Source of the DNA: a virus
Virus record (IMG/VR): IMGVR_UViG_3300020215_000035
Direction: 5' to 3' (one strand)
Length of the DNA stretch: 41,987 bases
The translations under genes were made by a program, and so were the position numbers. Below, piece after piece: positions 38,524-41,987 of this stretch (positions are counted from its first letter, which is position 1; every line of letters begins with the position of its first letter). The notes below the pieces were generated by a model, which did not search any database, had not been told where the DNA came from, and was given only the letters and a program-made list of their open reading frames with translations.

Positions 38524-39078
38524 CTAGCGTCCGCCGGTGCGGGCGACGTGGGCGGCGCGGAGGGCGTCCCCGACCTCCAGGCGGGGGATTTCGGGCGACG
38601 CCGGGACCTCCACGATGAAGCGGTCGGGCTGCCCGTCCACGGTGACGAGGTAGGCGCGGAGGGACATGACCCCCTCGACCGGCACGTAGCGCGGGCCGAA
38701 GTCGGCGGGGGTGTGCCCGTTCCCGTTCCCGTTCCCGTTCCCGTTGTGGCGGGCGAGGGCGCGGGCCTCCTGCTCCGGCGTCAGCGGCGGGAGCGCCGTC
38801 GAGCCCTCCCGCTGGAGGTAGGCGCCGCGGGCCTCCCGCACCCCCTCCCCCTTGTGGAGCCACCGGACGGACACCCCGGCGTGGGCGGCGATGGCCTCGC
38901 GGTTCTTCGGCTGCGGGATGGACTCCCCGTTCAGCCAGCGGTACGCGTTCGTCTCGTCCACCTTGGCGATGCCGGCGAGCTGCTGCGCGGTGTAGCCGAG
39001 GGAGCGGAGGCGCTCGGCGAACGCGGCGCGGAGCGCGGCCGCCTTGGGGTCGTCGTCGTTCCTCTTCGTGGGGGCCAT
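38524..39078 (-). CDS. CI-like repressor (N-terminal HTH, NG-repeat linker, C-terminal domain without recognisable S24 catalytic motifs)
   Basis: YTAQQLAGIAKVDETNAYRWLNGESIPQPKNREAIAAHAGVSVRWL HTH. Divergent from the early operon. No GDSM-type motif seen. Confidence 0.75.
   Translation of the reverse strand: MAPTKRNDDDPKAAALRAAFAERLRSLGYTAQQLAGIAKVDETNAYRWLNGESIPQPKNREAIAAHAGVSVRWLHKGEGVREARGAYLQREGSTALPPLTPEQEARALARHNGNGNGNGNGHTPADFGPRYVPVEGVMSLRAYLVTVDGQPDRFIVEVPASPEIPRLEVGDALRAAHVARTGGR
38716..38745. repeat. hexanucleotide repeat CCCGTT x5
   Basis: Perfect repeats encoding (NG)x5 in the repressor linker. Confidence 0.95.
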
Positions 39079-39132
39079 TACGGATGCCCTACGGGGGCGG
39101 GGTAAGGGGGGAGGGCCGGGGTGGCGCCGGGG

Positions 39133-39192
39133 GAAAGTGCGATTGCGGTTGCGAAAGTGCTTGCGTTCGCAGGTTCGCAGCCGTAAGTTGCG
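39133..39192. promoter_or_regulatory. operator-like repeats between the repressor and the early operon
   Basis: GAAAGTGC at 39133 and 39153 (20-bp phasing). TTGCG at 39143, 39149, 39161 and 39188. Tandem GTTCGCAG x2 at 39165-39180. Confidence 0.45.
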
Positions 39193-39217
39193 TCACCACT
39201 GGCAAAGATAGCCCCTG

Positions 39218-39478
39218 ATGGCCGATCCCGCCCCCGTTCCCGTGCCCGCCGGCGCGTTCACGTCCGTCACGGCGACGGCCGACCGCCTCGCCGTCCCCGG
39301 CTCCACCGTCCGCTACTGGCTCCGCCGGGGGGTCGTCCCCGGTGCCCGCCGCGTCGGCCGCGTGTGGCAGGTCCCCGAGGCGTTCGTCGCCCGCGCCGAG
39401 CGCGAGGGGTTCGTCCCCGACTACGACAACGCCCCGGCCGAGGCCGAGCGCCAGACGGCGGAGGCCGCGAGCGCGTGA
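39218..39478 (+). CDS. HTH_17 / excisionase-AlpA-type DNA-binding protein (Cro-like or RDF candidate)
   Basis: TATADRLAVPGSTVRYWLRRGVVPGARRVGRVWQVPEAFV resembles the MerR/Xis-type winged helix. Confidence 0.6.
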   Translation: MADPAPVPVPAGAFTSVTATADRLAVPGSTVRYWLRRGVVPGARRVGRVWQVPEAFVARAEREGFVPDYDNAPAEAERQTAEAASA

Positions 39479-40179
39479 TGGAGAGTCTGCCCCTTGCCAT
39501 ATTAGGCCAACCCCAGCCCATCTCCCCTGAGCCATGCACAACGTCGCAGCCGTCGCGCTCTACTACGCGCGCACGTTCCAGAACTGAGCCGGCGGGCCGG
39601 TACCGCACCATCATTGCCGATCCCCCGTGGCGCTACAGCCACGGGCGGGGCGTCGCCGGGGGCGTGGAGCACCACTACCCGACGATGAGCATCGAGGAAC
39701 TGTGTGCGCTCCCCGTCGCCGACCTCGCCGCTCCGGATTCGTGCCTCCTCCTGTGGGCGACGTGGCCGTGCCTCCCTGATGCCGTGCGGCTGATGGAGGC
39801 GTGGGGGTTCGCTCACGTCACGGGCTTCCCGTGGGTGAAGACGGACGGGGAGCCTACCCGCACGCTCTTCGGGGAGACGGAGATCCGGCCCCGGTTCGGC
39901 ATCGGGTTCTGGGTGCGGGGGTGCAGCGAGGCCGTCCTGGTAGGGCGCCGGGGCACCCCACCGCTGCCCTCGGGCGACTTCCTCGGGCTCCTCTCCCCGA
40001 ACCTCGGGCACAGCCGCAAGCCGGAGAACCTGTACGAATACGCCGAGGCGATGCCCGGCCCCTACCTCGAACTCTTCGCCCGTCGCCCTCGACCCGGCTG
40101 GGACGTATGGGGCAACGAAGTAGAGCCCTCCGGCGACGGCGCCCTCCTCCTCGCCCCCGCAGCCGCCCCCGGTGCCTGA
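39478..40179 (+). CDS. MT-A70 family DNA adenine methyltransferase
   Basis: IIADPPWRY (DPPW motif), LLLWATW and GHSRKPE motifs; the N-terminal ~35 aa are low-complexity, so the start is uncertain. Confidence 0.85.
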   Translation: MESLPLAILGQPQPISPEPCTTSQPSRSTTRARSRTEPAGRYRTIIADPPWRYSHGRGVAGGVEHHYPTMSIEELCALPVADLAAPDSCLLLWATWPCLPDAVRLMEAWGFAHVTGFPWVKTDGEPTRTLFGETEIRPRFGIGFWVRGCSEAVLVGRRGTPPLPSGDFLGLLSPNLGHSRKPENLYEYAEAMPGPYLELFARRPRPGWDVWGNEVEPSGDGALLLAPAAAPGA

Positions 40180-40229
40180 CGATGCCGCCGGCCCCCCGCC
40201 CCGCCCCCACGCGCTAACCCCCTCCTGCC

Positions 40230-40682
40230 GTGAACCGACCTGAGCTTTTCGAGAGGACCGTGGACGTTCTCGTGCGAGCGTTCTTCGATGGGACGCTCCA
40301 GCCCATCAACCCCTGCGCGTGCGCGGTGGGCAACCTCATCTGCGCCGCGAACGGGCTGGCGATGCAGGCGCGGCCATCGGGCAGGATTGTAAGCCCCGCC
40401 ACCGGGTGGATGGGCCTCATCCGTGGGGTTAAGCCACGGCCCGACGACGACAAGATGCTGGGGTGGCTCGCCAACACGGGCTACGCCCTCCGCGAACTGA
40501 ACCGGATCGAACGGGCCTTCGAAGGGGGTGCGATCCTCGCTGGCGACCTCGACGAGACCGTCCGCGCGCATTCGGGGCTCATGGCCGTGCTCGATGTGCT
40601 ATTCGACATCCACGGCGTCGCCGCCGACGAGAAGCCGGCCCACATCGCCCGCTTCTCCCACCCCGCCCTCGCTCCCGCCTGA
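40230..40682 (+). CDS. hypothetical protein
   Basis: 150-aa ORF with a GTG start and a conserved-looking CACAVGNLICAANG segment. Confidence 0.6.
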   Translation: MNRPELFERTVDVLVRAFFDGTLQPINPCACAVGNLICAANGLAMQARPSGRIVSPATGWMGLIRGVKPRPDDDKMLGWLANTGYALRELNRIERAFEGGAILAGDLDETVRAHSGLMAVLDVLFDIHGVAADEKPAHIARFSHPALAPA

Positions 40683-40763
40683 GTGTCCCCCCGGGCACGC
40701 GCCGCGGGGGCCGGGCGGCGTACGCCCGCGCTCCCCGACGCGGCCCACGAACCGAGAACGCCG

Positions 40764-40868
40764 ATGCGCCTCCGCTCCTACGTCATCCGCCTCTGGTGCT
40801 CGCACTGCCGCAAGCTCGTGCGGACGTGGCAGTGCCCGCAGTGCCTCGGCCTCACTGCGCCTCGGTGA
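40764..40868 (+). CDS. 34-aa zinc-ribbon micro-protein
   Basis: MRLRSYVIRLWCSHCRKLVRTWQCPQCLGLTAPR (CxxC-N8-CxxC), with a GAACGCCGATG start context. Confidence 0.5.
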   Translation: MRLRSYVIRLWCSHCRKLVRTWQCPQCLGLTAPR

Positions 40869-40909
40869 TATCCCGCCGCTTGCCGCGGCCCCCCTCAACC
40901 CGAACGCCG

Positions 40910-41143
40910 ATGCTCCCCCAGCTCGTGGACGCCGAAGAGCGCGCGGCCTCGCGCGCCGTGGACGCCCTCCTCGCCGAGTGCGGCGTCCCCCGCCCCACCG
41001 AGGGCCGCCCCGTCGGCATCGAAGGAGGGGGCCAGGGCGGGCCGCGCCTGCTCGGCCTCGTGTTCTTCGCCGCCGGGTGCATCGCCCTCCTCGTCGCCGT
41101 CTCCGCCGTCCTCTTCCGCCTCTTCCCCTCGCTGCTGCAATGA
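40910..41143 (+). CDS. small membrane protein
   Basis: 77 aa, C-terminal TM LLGLVFFAAGCIALLVAVSAVLF, GAACGCCGATG start context. Confidence 0.6.
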   Translation: MLPQLVDAEERAASRAVDALLAECGVPRPTEGRPVGIEGGGQGGPRLLGLVFFAAGCIALLVAVSAVLFRLFPSLLQ

Positions 41144-41355
41144 GCGGAACCGGAATCGCCCCTGACCCCGCCGTGCTCGCCGAGCGTGACCCCCTCCTCG
41201 ACGCCCAGCACGAGCGCACGTACGCGCTCGGCCACCGCGCCGGCTACGAGGAGGCCCGCCGGCTCGCCCTCGCCCTCGGCGTCTGCCTGCCGCCCTACGG
41301 CGCTCCCGAGGAGCGGTGGAGCGACGAGACCGACCGGCACCGCCGAGCCGCCTGA
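41140..41355 (+). CDS. hypothetical protein
   Basis: ATGA coupling at 41140; 71 aa. Confidence 0.55.
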   Translation: MSGTGIAPDPAVLAERDPLLDAQHERTYALGHRAGYEEARRLALALGVCLPPYGAPEERWSDETDRHRRAA

Positions 41356-41361
41356 ACGCCG

Positions 41362-41538
41362 ATGCTGGACCGCCTCTGCTACGCCCTCTTCACGGCCCTC
41401 CCTTGGGCCGCCGCCCGCCGCCGCTGGGTGGAGCGCCTGTTGCTCCCGCGCGCCGGCTCCTACGCCTTCAACGACGCCGAGGGCGCGGCCGAGGGCGCGA
41501 CTGAGGGCTGCAACGGAGGACCCGAACCCCCCTTCTGA
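41362..41538 (+). CDS. 58-aa hypothetical protein
   Basis: MLDRLCYALFTALPWAAARRRW...; GAACGCCGATG start context; below the ORF-track cutoff. Confidence 0.4.
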   Translation: MLDRLCYALFTALPWAAARRRWVERLLLPRAGSYAFNDAEGAAEGATEGCNGGPEPPF

Positions 41539-41543
41539 AACGC

Positions 41544-41582
41544 GCGGCGGGGCGCCGCCTCCGAAAGCAAGCGCCCCGCCGC
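41544..41582 (+). terminator. strong stem-loop with perfect 12-bp arms GCGGCGGGGCGC / GCGCCCCGCCGC and a 15-nt loop
   Basis: Immediately after the stop at 41538 and before the next start region; no U-tract. Confidence 0.55.
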
Positions 41583-41615
41583 AGAACTCGGACTCACTAG
41601 CCGCAAAGATACCCC

Positions 41616-41987
41616 ATGAACGCCCCCATCGTCCACAACCCCGCGAAGGAGCCGGCCGAGTACGACCCCGGCGTCACCCTCGCCAAGCCCATCGGGCGCC
41701 CGCCGCAGAAGTGCCTCCGGGTGCGGAACGGCCGCGCCCTCTGGTACCGCTACAACGTCCGTGACGACCGGCGCGTGCTCGCCGTCGCAGAGACGCCGAG
41801 AGGCCCCTACGCCGTGGACGTATACCCCGCCGACCCCGGCCTCGTCCCGCCCCTCGTCCGCCGCTGGACGGTGGAGGTGTGCGCGCCCGACGGCATCGCC
41901 TCGTGGCGCGTCCACCACGGCACGCAGGAAGCCGCCTTCCTCGCCGGCCTCGACGCCGTGCTCGACCACCTCGGCGCCGACGCCGAG
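41616..41987 (+). CDS. hypothetical protein, 5' part (continues over the circular junction to window position 166; 136 aa in total)
   Basis: ATG 41616 is preceded by GCAAAGATACCCC. The frame is open to the window end and continues in frame at position 2. Confidence 0.7.
   Translation, partial: MNAPIVHNPAKEPAEYDPGVTLAKPIGRPPQKCLRVRNGRALWYRYNVRDDRRVLAVAETPRGPYAVDVYPADPGLVPPLVRRWTVEVCAPDGIASWRVHHGTQEAAFLAGLDAVLDHLGADAE
41861..41987. repeat. Terminal direct repeat, right copy (identical to 1-127)
   Basis: Exact 127-bp identity with the window start. Confidence 0.95.

Overview
This window is a complete, circularly closed, very GC-rich temperate siphovirus-type phage genome. Bases 1-127 are identical to 41861-41987, so the unique length is about 41.86 kb, and one ORF reads straight through the junction.

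The genome has two arms. The late arm lies on the minus strand, 37651 down to 12340. In order it carries: a lysis cassette (GH19 endolysin, 3-TM holin-like protein, membrane-anchored coiled-coil protein), a DNA methyltransferase, a DUF1508 protein, TerS, TerL, portal, MuF-like head morphogenesis protein, a fused prohead protease/HK97-type capsid gene, head-tail connectors, major tail protein, G/GT chaperones with a GGGAAAA -1 frameshift, tape measure, two large distal tail proteins (one with an SGNH esterase end), a tail fibre and a small terminal ORF.

The early/lysogeny arm lies on the plus strand, from 38122 through the junction to 12274. It carries a CI-like repressor divergent from an HTH_17 gene, an MT-A70 methylase, many small ORFs, a minimal TGT-fold (DpdA-like) gene, a PriCT/DUF3987 P-loop replication gene, a VRR-NUC nuclease and a large serine integrase.

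The most notable observations are:
- Mirror-image arrays of abutting 9-bp iterons bracket the replication gene.
- Two opposite-strand XRE repressor genes are each enclosed by a 12-13 bp inverted repeat. In both, the right copy sits exactly 5 nt after a TATAWT -10 box.
- The DpdA-like gene has no deazaguanine synthesis genes alongside it.
- Two antisense cassettes inside the late operon each encode a lipoprotein with a C-terminal TM anchor.
- The late-operon leader is structured and rich in G-tracts.
- A CCGATG start context recurs, and no Shine-Dalgarno sequences are visible.

All domain calls come from motif recognition by eye. No database or HMM search was run.
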